Shown one piece after another: positions 7,428 through 14,705 of a stretch of DNA of 27,726 bases; positions within the stretch are counted from its first letter, which is position 1; each line of letters begins with the position of its first letter. Below the pieces are notes generated by a model, which did not search any database, was not told where the DNA came from, and was given only the letters and a program-made list of their open reading frames with translations. This DNA is from Actinomycetota bacterium (GTDB lineage Bacteria; Actinomycetota; Acidimicrobiia; Spongiisociales; UBA11373), in NCBI GenBank assembly GCA_038059105.1, contig JBBTKD010000112.1, positions 1,163-28,888 on the forward strand. Direction: 5' to 3'. Position numbers and translations under genes: made by a program.

Positions 7428-9101
7428 GTGAACGAGCAACTCGCCGACCTCTCCTCCCGCTTCTGGGACGTCGCCATGGCCAACTCGCCGATGTGGGCAA
7501 GCCTTCTCGGCGACCGCCGTTTCGATGCGGAGGTCGAGGATCTCTCCCGCGAGCACGAGGACGAGGTCATCGAACAGCTCGACGGGATCATCGCCTCGGC
7601 GCAGGCCATCTCCCCGGAAGGACTCGAGCGGAACGACCGCATCACCCGCCACGTGCTCATCTCGGAAGCCGAGGGCATCGTCGGCAATCTGCGCAGCCGC
7701 ACCGCCGAGTTCCTGGTCGACCCGATGCTCAGCCTGCACATCGACATCATTCAGGCGGTGCCGCAACTCCGTGCCGCCACCGACGAACAGGCGTGGGCGT
7801 TCGTCGAGAAGGCGTCGAAGGTGGGCATGCAGTTCGACCAGGCGCTCGAGCGACACCGCCAGGGTGTCGCCAATGGAAGGACGCCACCGCGCGTCGCCGT
7901 CGAGAAGGTGCTCGCCCAGCTCGACGCGTTTGCGGGGTTGAGCGTGAGCGAGAACCCCTTCATGCAGATCGCGTTGCCCGACGAGTGGGACGATCTGAAG
8001 CGAGCCCGCTGGAAGCACGCTATGGAAGAGCAGGTCACCAGTTCGATCAACCCGGGATTCGCCCGGTACCGCGACGGGATCGCCGCGGATGTTCTCTCCA
8101 AGTCGCGACCGCCGGAGAAGTCTGGAGTCTGCTGGCTCCCCGACGGTGAAGAGATCTACCGGCGGGCAGTCAAGCGATACACGTCACTGGACACTGACCC
8201 CCACGAGGTCCACCAGATCGGACTCGACGAGATCGCCTCGCTCGAGGACGAGTACCGCACCCTCGGGAGCAAGGTGCTCGGGACCACGAGCATCTCGGAG
8301 ATCTACCACCGCCTCCGCAACGATCCCGCTCTCCGCTTCAAGACCGCGCAGGAAGTGCATCGCGCCGCGGAGAGCGCATTGGCCCGTGCTACCGAGGCGA
8401 TCCCTGACTGGTTTGGGCGGTTGCCCGAGGCTCCGTGCATCGTTCAACCGGTTCCCGACGTTGGTGCGGCCGATGCCACCATCGCGTACTACTTCCCGCC
8501 GTCAGACGACGGCAGGCCCGGGATCTTCTTCATCAATCTCTCCGAGCCGGAGACCCGGACGCGGTTCGAGTCCGAGGTGCTCGCCTTTCACGAAGCCATC
8601 CCCGGACATCACCTCCAGTTGGCGATCGCCCAGGAACTACAGGGGGTGCCTGCGTTCCGTCGTCACGGCAACGTCACGGTCTTCGTCGAAGGTTGGGGTC
8701 TCTACACGGAACGGCTCGCCGACGAGATGGGTCTCTACTCCGGCGACGTGGAACGGATGGGAATCCTCTCGTTCGATTCATGGCGCGCCGGACGGCTCGT
8801 GGTCGATACCGGTCTGCACGCCCTGGGCTGGAGCAGGCAGAAGGCGATCGACTACTTCGTGGAAAACTCACCGCAGGCGATCAACAACATCGTCAACGAA
8901 GTCGATCGATACATCGGCTACACCGGCCAGGCCCTCGCCTACAAGATGGGGCAACGCGAGCTGTTCCGACTCCGCAGCGAGGCACAGAAGGCGATGGGAC
9001 CGCGCTTCGACATCAAGGGATTCCACGACACCGTGCTCGAGTCCGGTCCTGTCCCGCTCGGACTCCTCGGCGACCTCGTGCGCGAGTGGGCGGCGGGCTA
9101 A
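7428..9101 (+). CDS. DUF885 family protein (557 aa)
   Basis: GTG at 7428 with AGGAGG RBS; motifs HEAIPGHHLQ, EGWGLYTE, RLVVDTGLH, EVDRY, GQALAYKMG. Confidence 0.9.
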   Translation: MNEQLADLSSRFWDVAMANSPMWASLLGDRRFDAEVEDLSREHEDEVIEQLDGIIASAQAISPEGLERNDRITRHVLISEAEGIVGNLRSRTAEFLVDPMLSLHIDIIQAVPQLRAATDEQAWAFVEKASKVGMQFDQALERHRQGVANGRTPPRVAVEKVLAQLDAFAGLSVSENPFMQIALPDEWDDLKRARWKHAMEEQVTSSINPGFARYRDGIAADVLSKSRPPEKSGVCWLPDGEEIYRRAVKRYTSLDTDPHEVHQIGLDEIASLEDEYRTLGSKVLGTTSISEIYHRLRNDPALRFKTAQEVHRAAESALARATEAIPDWFGRLPEAPCIVQPVPDVGAADATIAYYFPPSDDGRPGIFFINLSEPETRTRFESEVLAFHEAIPGHHLQLAIAQELQGVPAFRRHGNVTVFVEGWGLYTERLADEMGLYSGDVERMGILSFDSWRAGRLVVDTGLHALGWSRQKAIDYFVENSPQAINNIVNEVDRYIGYTGQALAYKMGQRELFRLRSEAQKAMGPRFDIKGFHDTVLESGPVPLGLLGDLVREWAAG

Positions 9102-9113
9102 GCGGATGATCTC

Positions 9114-9138
9114 AGATATCAGACGTGATCTGATATCT
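9114..9138. terminator. Hairpin between convergent genes, within a degenerate CTGATA(T/C) repeat tract (~9108-9165)
   Basis: agatatcaga-cgtga-tctgatatct gives a 10-bp stem. Confidence 0.55.
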
Positions 9139-9171
9139 CCATCTGATACCTCGCCAATACCTCGGGAGGAT

Positions 9172-9696
9172 CTAGTGGCGCTCGCCAACGATGACGGAGA
9201 CGGTGCGTCCACCGTCCAGACCGCCGAGCACCATCTCCACCTCAGTGCCGGGCTCCGTGTGACGCACCAGGTCGCTCAACTGTTCCATCGACACGATCGA
9301 CTCGCCGTCGAACGCGACCACGCGGTCTCCCGAATGAATGCCCGCCTTGTCGGCAGGTGACTCGGGGAGGACATCGACCACGAGCACGGCACCCGGAGTG
9401 TCCCGACCGGTGATGCCGAGGAATCCCTGACCGGCGATCACTTCATCGGAGCCGTCGGGACCGGACCCCGGACCGCGACCGCCACCTCCGGGAAACATCG
9501 GGCCGTGCCCCGGCATGTGGCCCTCGAAGGCAATGTCGCCGCCGAATACCTCGGTCGCATCGTCTTCGCCGACCGCATGTCCCACGGCGTACCCGGCGCC
9601 GAACACCGCAACCGCGACGAGAAACGCTATTGCCCAAAACATGGTGCGGTCGGTTGTCGCTGGCTCCGCCGCCTCTGTGGTCTTCTTGGGGGACAT
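9172..9696 (-). CDS. Membrane-anchored single-PDZ-domain protein
   Basis: 174 aa; RBS GAGGAG; one TM helix, a Gly/Pro/His linker, then GFLGI...SPADKAGIHSGDRVVAFDG (PDZ signature). Confidence 0.88.
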   Translation of the reverse strand: MSPKKTTEAAEPATTDRTMFWAIAFLVAVAVFGAGYAVGHAVGEDDATEVFGGDIAFEGHMPGHGPMFPGGGGRGPGSGPDGSDEVIAGQGFLGITGRDTPGAVLVVDVLPESPADKAGIHSGDRVVAFDGESIVSMEQLSDLVRHTEPGTEVEMVLGGLDGGRTVSVIVGERH

Positions 9697-9808
9697 CGAT
9701 CACTCCTCGTTCGGGGTCATGTGCAACCTGATCTGCACGGGGGACAGGGTTCCGCACATGGCTAATTGCGCGATGAGAAGCGATGCGGAACGAGATGAGA
9801 TTCGAAAA

Positions 9809-10082
9809 CGATCGTGCACCCCGCCGTCGAATCGAGGTGACCGGCGCGTCCCCGACCGTCGGCTCCGGCCAGGCACCCCTGCGGCACCCGGGAACAACCG
9901 CTCAGGGCTGCTTCCTTCCGGACCTGACCCGGTTCACGGTGCCCCGCCGCGCAGGACCCAGCCTTCAACACCTCGTCTCGGGCGCTCGACCCGACCGTCC
10001 TCGACCCTCGGGCGGGGATTCGGCCCCGCATAGAGAGGGTTTCGGGTTCAGGGCACCCCTAGCGCCCCGCTTAGCACGATCG
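9809..10082 (-). ncRNA. ffs: Signal recognition particle RNA, large (Alu-domain-containing) bacterial type, ~274 nt
   Basis: Minus strand has the SRP helix-8 core GTCAGGTCCGGAAGGAAGCAGC. It also has the Bacillus scRNA-like 5' segment CGTGCTAAGCGGGG...GTGCCCTG, GGCCGAATCCC and GGGTCCTGCGC. Terminal helix CGATCGTGC/GCACGATCG. Confidence 0.92.
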
Positions 10083-10088
10083 GTCTGG

Positions 10089-10094
10089 AGGTTA
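10089..10094 (-). promoter_or_regulatory. -10 box (TAACCT) of the SRP RNA gene
   Basis: TAnnnT hexamer 6 nt upstream of the predicted 5' end at 10082. Confidence 0.6.
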
Positions 10095-10143
10095 CCCGTT
10101 GCCCGTCGAAGACAGAACCGGGATGGCAGATGTAGACACGCGA

Positions 10144-10200
10144 CACCAGACGCCTCTCTGCTCCGGCTGGAGCCTGATGCCTGGAGCCTGGTGCCTACCG
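10144..10200. repeat. Heptamer array (CTGGAGC/CTGATGC family) directly 3' of tRNA-Ser(GGA)
   Basis: ctggagc ctgatgc ctggagc ctggtgc at 10167-10194, with a partial complementary arm caccag near 10144. Confidence 0.85.
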
Positions 10201-10291
10201 CGGAGGGAGGGGGATTTGAACCCCCGTGACGATTTTCACCGCCAACACGCTTTCCAGGCGTGCGCACTAGGCCGGACTATGCGATCCCTCC
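10201..10291 (-). tRNA. tRNA-Ser (anticodon GGA)
   Basis: Minus strand GGAGGGA/TCCCTCC acceptor stem, cacgc-ct-GGA-aa-gcgtg anticodon arm, long variable arm; upstream -10 TACACT at 10310-10305. Confidence 0.96.
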
Positions 10292-10318
10292 TGGATGCCG
10301 CGAGAGTGTAGGGAACAC

Positions 10319-10777
10319 ATGACTACCTCCTTTGACGATGCCATGCGACTCGCCCTCACCGCCGCTCGGGAAGCAGCGACGGCAGGCGAGGTGCCGGTCG
10401 GCGCGGTGCTGCTCGACCCCAACGGTGCAGTCGTTGCGACAGACCACAACCGCGGAGTGGAATTCGTGGATCCCACCGCGCACGCCGAGATGCTGGTGTT
10501 GCGCAAGGGCGCCAGCCGGGCCGCCGACTGGCGGCTTAACGGACACACGCTTGTTGTGACCCTCGAACCGTGCGCCATGTGCGCAATGGCAGCCGTATGG
10601 GCGCGGGTCGACCGCATCGTGTACGGCGCCTCCGATCTCAAGGCAGGCGCGGCGTGGAGTCTGTACAACATCCCTCAGGATGCCCGACTCAATCACCGAT
10701 GTGAACTGGTCTCCGGTGTACTCGCCGCAGAAGCGTCGGCACTGCTCGCCGAGTTTTTCGCGGCGAGGCGGGACTGA
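10319..10777 (+). CDS. tadA: tRNA adenosine(34) deaminase (152 aa)
   Basis: Motifs GEVPVGAV, TAHAEM and TLEPCAMC (HAE/PCxxC); ATG at 10319; tRNA-Arg(ACG) substrate gene nearby. Confidence 0.9.
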   Translation: MTTSFDDAMRLALTAAREAATAGEVPVGAVLLDPNGAVVATDHNRGVEFVDPTAHAEMLVLRKGASRAADWRLNGHTLVVTLEPCAMCAMAAVWARVDRIVYGASDLKAGAAWSLYNIPQDARLNHRCELVSGVLAAEASALLAEFFAARRD

Positions 10778-10820
10778 GGTCGGAGGATCGAGACCTACAA
10801 TCGCAAGAGAGGTCTTAGGT

Positions 10821-10886
10821 ACCAGGCACCAGGCACCAGCCAGAGAAGATTCTGGAGCCTGGAGCCTGATGCCTGATCCCTGATTT
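10821..10886. repeat. Heptamer hairpin array directly 5' of tRNA-Ser(CGA)
   Basis: accaggc accaggc accagcc, then ctggagc ctggagc ctgatgc ctgatcc ctgattt. Confidence 0.88.
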
Positions 10887-10887
10887 G

Positions 10888-10976
10888 GGAGGGGTGGCCG
10901 AGCGGCCGAAGGCGGCAGTCTCGAAAACTGTTGGGCCGGGTTTCCGGTCCCGTGGGTTCAAATCCCACCCCCTCCG
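10888..10976 (+). tRNA. tRNA-Ser (anticodon CGA)
   Basis: GGAGGGG/CCCCTCC acceptor stem, gcagt-ct-CGA-aa-actgt anticodon arm, long variable arm. Confidence 0.96.
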
Positions 10977-10980
10977 CGGC

Positions 10981-11066
10981 AGGTACCAGGCTCCAGGCTT
11001 CAGCCGGAACATCTGGACCTGGTGCCTGGCATCTGGGCATCCGGCCTCCGGTACCCGGTATCCGAG
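10981..11066. repeat. Heptamer hairpin array directly 3' of tRNA-Ser(CGA), followed by a CCGG-type tract
   Basis: accaggc tccaggc ttcagcc ... ctggtgc ctggcat, then atccggc ctccggt acccggt atccgag. Confidence 0.8.
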
Positions 11067-11115
11067 GCGCCGAGACCTTTAGAGCCTCTCCCGCCCTTCC
11101 GATGTAAGCCTTCGG

Positions 11116-11964
11116 ATGTTCCTCGGGAATCGGACCATTGCTCGGCGCGTCCTTGCCTTCCCGCGTCGTCGTGCGGAACTACTGGCGACCCTGACGACCG
11201 AGATTCAGTCGGGGCCCACGACCCGTCCGCTGGTGATCGCCAACGTATCGAAGACCTACCACGACGGACGATCTTCGGTCCCCGCCCTCGACCGCGTGAA
11301 TCTGAAGGTGGCGCAGCGAGAGTTCGTGTGCCTGGTCGGAGCCTCGGGGTGTGGCAAGACCACTCTGCTGAACCTCATCGCAGGCATCTACCGCCTCGAT
11401 CACGGATCCATTGACACCGGCGACCGGCGCATCGGGATGGTGTTTCAGGAGCCGGCACTTTTCCCGTGGCTCACTGTCGCTCGCAACATCGATCTGGCGA
11501 TGCGGCTACGGGGAGTCGAGCCCGACACGCGCAATCGACGCATCGAGGAACTGCTTCGTCTGGTGCACCTCGAGGGATTCGGAGAGAGCCGTCCCCACGA
11601 ACTGTCGGGTGGGATGCAGCAGCGCTCCGCCCTCGCCCGCGCGTTGGCGCAGGAGGCCGACCTGCTCCTCATGGATGAGCCGTTCGGGTCGCTCGACGCC
11701 ATGACCCGCGACCGCCTGCATGACGAACTGGAACGCATCTGGCTCACGACCGACCTCACCATCCTGTTCGTCACCCACAACGTGCGCGAGGCTGTCAGGC
11801 TCGGCGATCGCGTAGTCGTCCTCTCGAGCCGCCCGGGAAGGGTGGCCGCCGAATTCACCGTCGACATCGAGCGTCCCCGTCGAGCCGACTCCGCGGCTCT
11901 GGCACGTGTCGCCGCGCAAGTCACCGACCGTCTGCGGCAGGAGGTGCGGCGACATGGTCACTGA
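11116..11964 (+). CDS. ABC transporter ATP-binding protein, NitT/TauT (SsuB/TauB-like) family; true start may be further downstream
   Basis: Walker A GASGCGKT, MVFQEPALFPW, signature LSGGMQQR, Walker B LLLMDEPF, H-loop FVTHN. Confidence 0.93.
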   Translation: MFLGNRTIARRVLAFPRRRAELLATLTTEIQSGPTTRPLVIANVSKTYHDGRSSVPALDRVNLKVAQREFVCLVGASGCGKTTLLNLIAGIYRLDHGSIDTGDRRIGMVFQEPALFPWLTVARNIDLAMRLRGVEPDTRNRRIEELLRLVHLEGFGESRPHELSGGMQQRSALARALAQEADLLLMDEPFGSLDAMTRDRLHDELERIWLTTDLTILFVTHNVREAVRLGDRVVVLSSRPGRVAAEFTVDIERPRRADSAALARVAAQVTDRLRQEVRRHGH

Positions 11965-12832
11965 TTCCTACCTTGACGCCGACCTGCGCGGACTCGATGC
12001 GCTCGACACCCCGCGGATCGAAGTCGGAAGTCTCGCCCGGCGTGTCTGGTCGGCGATATGGCCCAAGCTGCTCGCGGTGACGATCGTATTCGCCGGATGG
12101 CAGGCCCTGGTTTGGTCCGGCTGGCGACCGACCGACGTGATCCCGCTGCCGGCCACAGTGCTCTCGGAACTCGGCTCGATCATCACGACCGCATCGTTCT
12201 ACCAAGCGGTAACGATCACGATGCAACGAGCGGTGTTCGGATTCTTCCTCGCGATCATCGTGGGCCTGGTGGTCGGCGTGGCAGTTTCTCGAAGCGACCT
12301 CCTGCGTCGCGCGGTCGGTTCGATCATCACCGGACTCCAGAGCATGCCGTCAATCGCTTGGTTCCCCTTTGCCATCCTGCTCTTTGGTCTAAACGAGAGT
12401 GCGATCCTGTTCGTGATCGTGCTTGGGGCGGCGCCGGCGATCGCCAACGGGTTGATCTCGGGAATCGACCACATTCCTTCGATCCTGCTTCGAGCGGGGA
12501 AGGTGCTCGGAGCCAAGGGAGTGGCGGCATGGCGGCACGTGGTGTTGCCGGCGGCGCTGCCTGCGTTTGTCTCGGGACTCAAGCAAGGATGGGCGTTCGC
12601 CTGGCGATCACTCATGGCCGGCGAGTTGCTGGTGACCATCGCATCACGCCCGTCGATAGGAGTGCAACTCAAGACCGCCCGTGACTCACTGGACGCCACC
12701 GCCCTGCTGGCGATGATGATCGTGGTGCTGGTGATTGGCATCGTGGTCGACTCGGTGCTGTTCGGTTCAGTAGAACGCCGTATCCGCCGGAACCGGGGAG
12801 TGCTTGGCGGAGGAGTAGACGCGGTCCGGTGA
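11954..12832 (+). CDS. ABC transporter permease, NitT/TauT (SsuC/TauC-like) family (292 aa)
   Basis: ATG at 11954 overlapping the end of the ATPase gene; QSMPSIAWFP and HVVLPAALP motifs; multiple TM helices. Confidence 0.92.
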   Translation: MVTDSYLDADLRGLDALDTPRIEVGSLARRVWSAIWPKLLAVTIVFAGWQALVWSGWRPTDVIPLPATVLSELGSIITTASFYQAVTITMQRAVFGFFLAIIVGLVVGVAVSRSDLLRRAVGSIITGLQSMPSIAWFPFAILLFGLNESAILFVIVLGAAPAIANGLISGIDHIPSILLRAGKVLGAKGVAAWRHVVLPAALPAFVSGLKQGWAFAWRSLMAGELLVTIASRPSIGVQLKTARDSLDATALLAMMIVVLVIGIVVDSVLFGSVERRIRRNRGVLGGGVDAVR

Positions 12833-12834
12833 AA

Positions 12835-12862
12835 GTCAGGCACCAGGCACCAGGCGCCAGGA
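12835..12862. repeat. Heptamer array (ACCAGGC family) 3' of tRNA-Ser(TGA)
   Basis: gtcaggc accaggc accaggc gccagga. Confidence 0.85.
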
Positions 12863-12887
12863 GGAATCTGAGCTGACATCTTCTTGA

Positions 12888-12977
12888 GCGGAGGGAGTGG
12901 GATTCGAACCCACGGAACCCCGCAAGGGGCTCAACAGTTTTCAAGACTGTCGCCTTCGTCCGCTCGGCCATCCCTCC
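12888..12977 (-). tRNA. tRNA-Ser (anticodon TGA)
   Basis: Minus strand GGAGGGA/TCCCTCC acceptor stem, acagt-ct-TGA-aa-actgt anticodon arm, long variable arm. Confidence 0.96.
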
Positions 12978-13110
12978 AAGGCCATTATGACCCGCGGTTG
13001 CGGTGCCTCCGGAACAGATGACTCCCCTCGCAGACCCGGGTGCCGATCTCAATGCGAGAGAGGGGCGGTTAGGGTTGCGCCCCTGGGGCATCGGAGCGAG
13101 CGGTATCCGG

Positions 13111-13138
13111 CTGACACCTGATACCTGATACCTGATGC
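13111..13138. repeat. Heptamer array (CTGATAC family) 5' of tRNA-Ser(GCT)
   Basis: ctgacac ctgatac ctgatac ctgatgc. Confidence 0.85.
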
Positions 13139-13146
13139 CTTTCTCG

Positions 13147-13238
13147 GGAGAGGTGGCCGAGCACGGTCGAAGGCGCTCGCCTGCTAAGCGAGTAAGGGGC
13201 GTATAGCCCCTTCGAGGGTTCAAATCCCTCCCTCTCCG
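13147..13238 (+). tRNA. tRNA-Ser (anticodon GCT)
   Basis: GGAGAGG/CCTCTCC acceptor stem, ctcgc-ct-GCT-aa-gcgag anticodon arm, long variable arm. Confidence 0.96.
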
Positions 13239-13314
13239 CTCGGTCCACGACGGGGTAGTCGGACAAACCCGGCGTAGATACGCTTGATCGGCAATGTCGG
13301 ACAAGGGGTCAACG

Positions 13315-13542
13315 ATGGGTCATGTGACGGTTCTTGCGGAGTCGGCCTATCTCTTCGCGATGCCTACGTGGTCGCTTGGTGCCGGTCGCCTCGTCGACAT
13401 CGTGGGCACCGCCGACGAGTACAACGAGTCGCTCAACCCGCAACAGGCCGACGCACTCGCACTATGGATGGACTGGCATGCCGTAGGTCGCGACCTTGCC
13501 TACGCGCTCTACCAATTCAAGTCAGCAGAAGACGCCGCCTAG
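13315..13542 (+). CDS. Small hypothetical protein (75 aa; alternative start 13294), apparent partner of the DUF2335 gene
   Basis: LFAMPTW...GRLVDIVGT..EYNESL.PQQADALALWMDWHAVGRDL; stop 3 nt before the next ATG. Confidence 0.75.
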   Translation: MGHVTVLAESAYLFAMPTWSLGAGRLVDIVGTADEYNESLNPQQADALALWMDWHAVGRDLAYALYQFKSAEDAA

Positions 13543-13545
13543 CGA

Positions 13546-13926
13546 ATGGCGAAGAAGAAGCCATCGCCCGCTCGCCAAGCTTCCGCTCGCCAGGTTTCTG
13601 GCGAGGTTTCCGTGAGCGCCACTGCCTCCTTGGTCTGGCAAGGCCCGATACCTCCCGCCCATGAGATGGAGCACTACGAACGGGTCATGCCGGGTTCGGC
13701 GAATCGGATCTTGGCAATGGCCGAGTCGCAGACCGGTCACCGACAGCAACTGGAGACCACGGTCGTCACAGGCAACATCGAGTCGGAGAGGCGGGGACAG
13801 CGATATGGGCTCGCAGTTGTCGCTGCTGGTCGGCTGGACATGAACCAGAAGAAGGTGCGAGAAGCGATCAAAGTCGTGGATTTAGCTGCGGGCCTCAAAC
13901 ACGTCTACGAGACGATGGGGCAATAG
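13546..13926 (+). CDS. DUF2335-like protein with an atypical, possibly truncated C-terminus
   Basis: WQGPIPPAHEMEHYERVMPGSANRILAMAESQTGHR matches the DUF2335 pattern (GPlPpP..l..Ye...PG.A.RI..MAE...HR). Confidence 0.8.
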   Translation: MAKKKPSPARQASARQVSGEVSVSATASLVWQGPIPPAHEMEHYERVMPGSANRILAMAESQTGHRQQLETTVVTGNIESERRGQRYGLAVVAAGRLDMNQKKVREAIKVVDLAAGLKHVYETMGQ

Positions 13927-13948
13927 GCACGGAAAATCACCAAACCGG

Positions 13949-14338
13949 TCAGCCGTTGATGCTCATGGACCTCGGGGGAAAGTCGGGGACTTCAGCGAAT
14001 TCGGACTGACCCTCTACCTCAGCCCTGTTACAGCTCCGCCGCTTCAGCTCAATGAAAAGCACCACACTTCCCCTACTAGCCATGAGATCGAACTCGGGGA
14101 GAATGCGGCCCGGACCCAACATCCGCTCTGCGAGAGCGGCCCTCAGAAACTCGGAGATGGTCTCTCCAGCCTCCGATGCAGCCACCTCAAGACGATCCAA
14201 CTCGTCGGATGGCAAGCGAAATGAGACAACCTCCGACTTCCTCGGTGTGACGGCGATGTCCGTTGACATTTCGTCCCACATCAGAGGGTTGTTGCGACCT
14301 TCAAACATCTCATCAGCACCCATGTCCGCCTCGTTCAT
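13949..14338 (-). CDS. Ribbon-helix-helix (CopG/BrnA-like) antitoxin with C-terminal extension (129 aa)
   Basis: KSEVVSFRLPSDELDRLEVAASEAGETISEFLRAAL RHH pattern; ATG 1 nt after the toxin stop codon. Confidence 0.75.
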   Translation of the reverse strand: MNEADMGADEMFEGRNNPLMWDEMSTDIAVTPRKSEVVSFRLPSDELDRLEVAASEAGETISEFLRAALAERMLGPGRILPEFDLMASRGSVVLFIELKRRSCNRAEVEGQSEFAEVPDFPPRSMSING

Positions 14339-14339
14339 G

Positions 14340-14636
14340 TCAGTGCCCTGCCTTGCTTCTCTCATACCAGGCTTTGTCGCCAGCCTCTGACGGCCATCCA
14401 GTCACTGCCCGCCACCTACCGCGGAGAATCGTCTCGACGATACAGATCGTCCACAGCGCCCCGCCTCGGTCAGGCCCGATCATCTGAAATGTCGCCGAAC
14501 GTTCTGTCCGGTTTCTCCGAAACCGCGGATGCTCCAGGGCGACGGAGAGAACCACCGATCGGGACACTCCGTGGCGGGCAAGCTCGCCCAGATTCCCGTC
14601 GTCCCACTCCCACTCCTCGATGGCCAGCCGAGGCAC
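14340..14636 (-). CDS. BrnT-like (DUF497/RelE-fold) toxin (98 aa)
   Basis: WEWDDGNLGELARHGVS...IG...RWRAVTGW pattern; toxin-first gene order typical of BrnTA-like pairs. Confidence 0.75.
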   Translation of the reverse strand: MPRLAIEEWEWDDGNLGELARHGVSRSVVLSVALEHPRFRRNRTERSATFQMIGPDRGGALWTICIVETILRGRWRAVTGWPSEAGDKAWYERSKAGH

Positions 14637-14665
14637 CTCTTAGATTCCATCTTGCGATGCCGTAA

Positions 14666-14686
14666 ACATATGTATACACTGTAACA
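14666..14686. promoter_or_regulatory. AT-rich divergent promoter/operator with overlapping palindromes
   Basis: ACATATGT (14666-14673) overlaps TGTATACA (14671-14678). TAnnnT hexamers occur on both strands (TACACT on +; TACAGT and TATGTT on -). Confidence 0.5.
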
Positions 14687-14705
14687 CGTCAGAAAGGAAA
14701 AGGGA

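Noticed and set aside
8089-9360. 423-aa plus-strand ORF and other long alternative-frame ORFs
   Set aside because: Arg/Ser/Pro-rich off-frame shadows of the DUF885 and PDZ genes.
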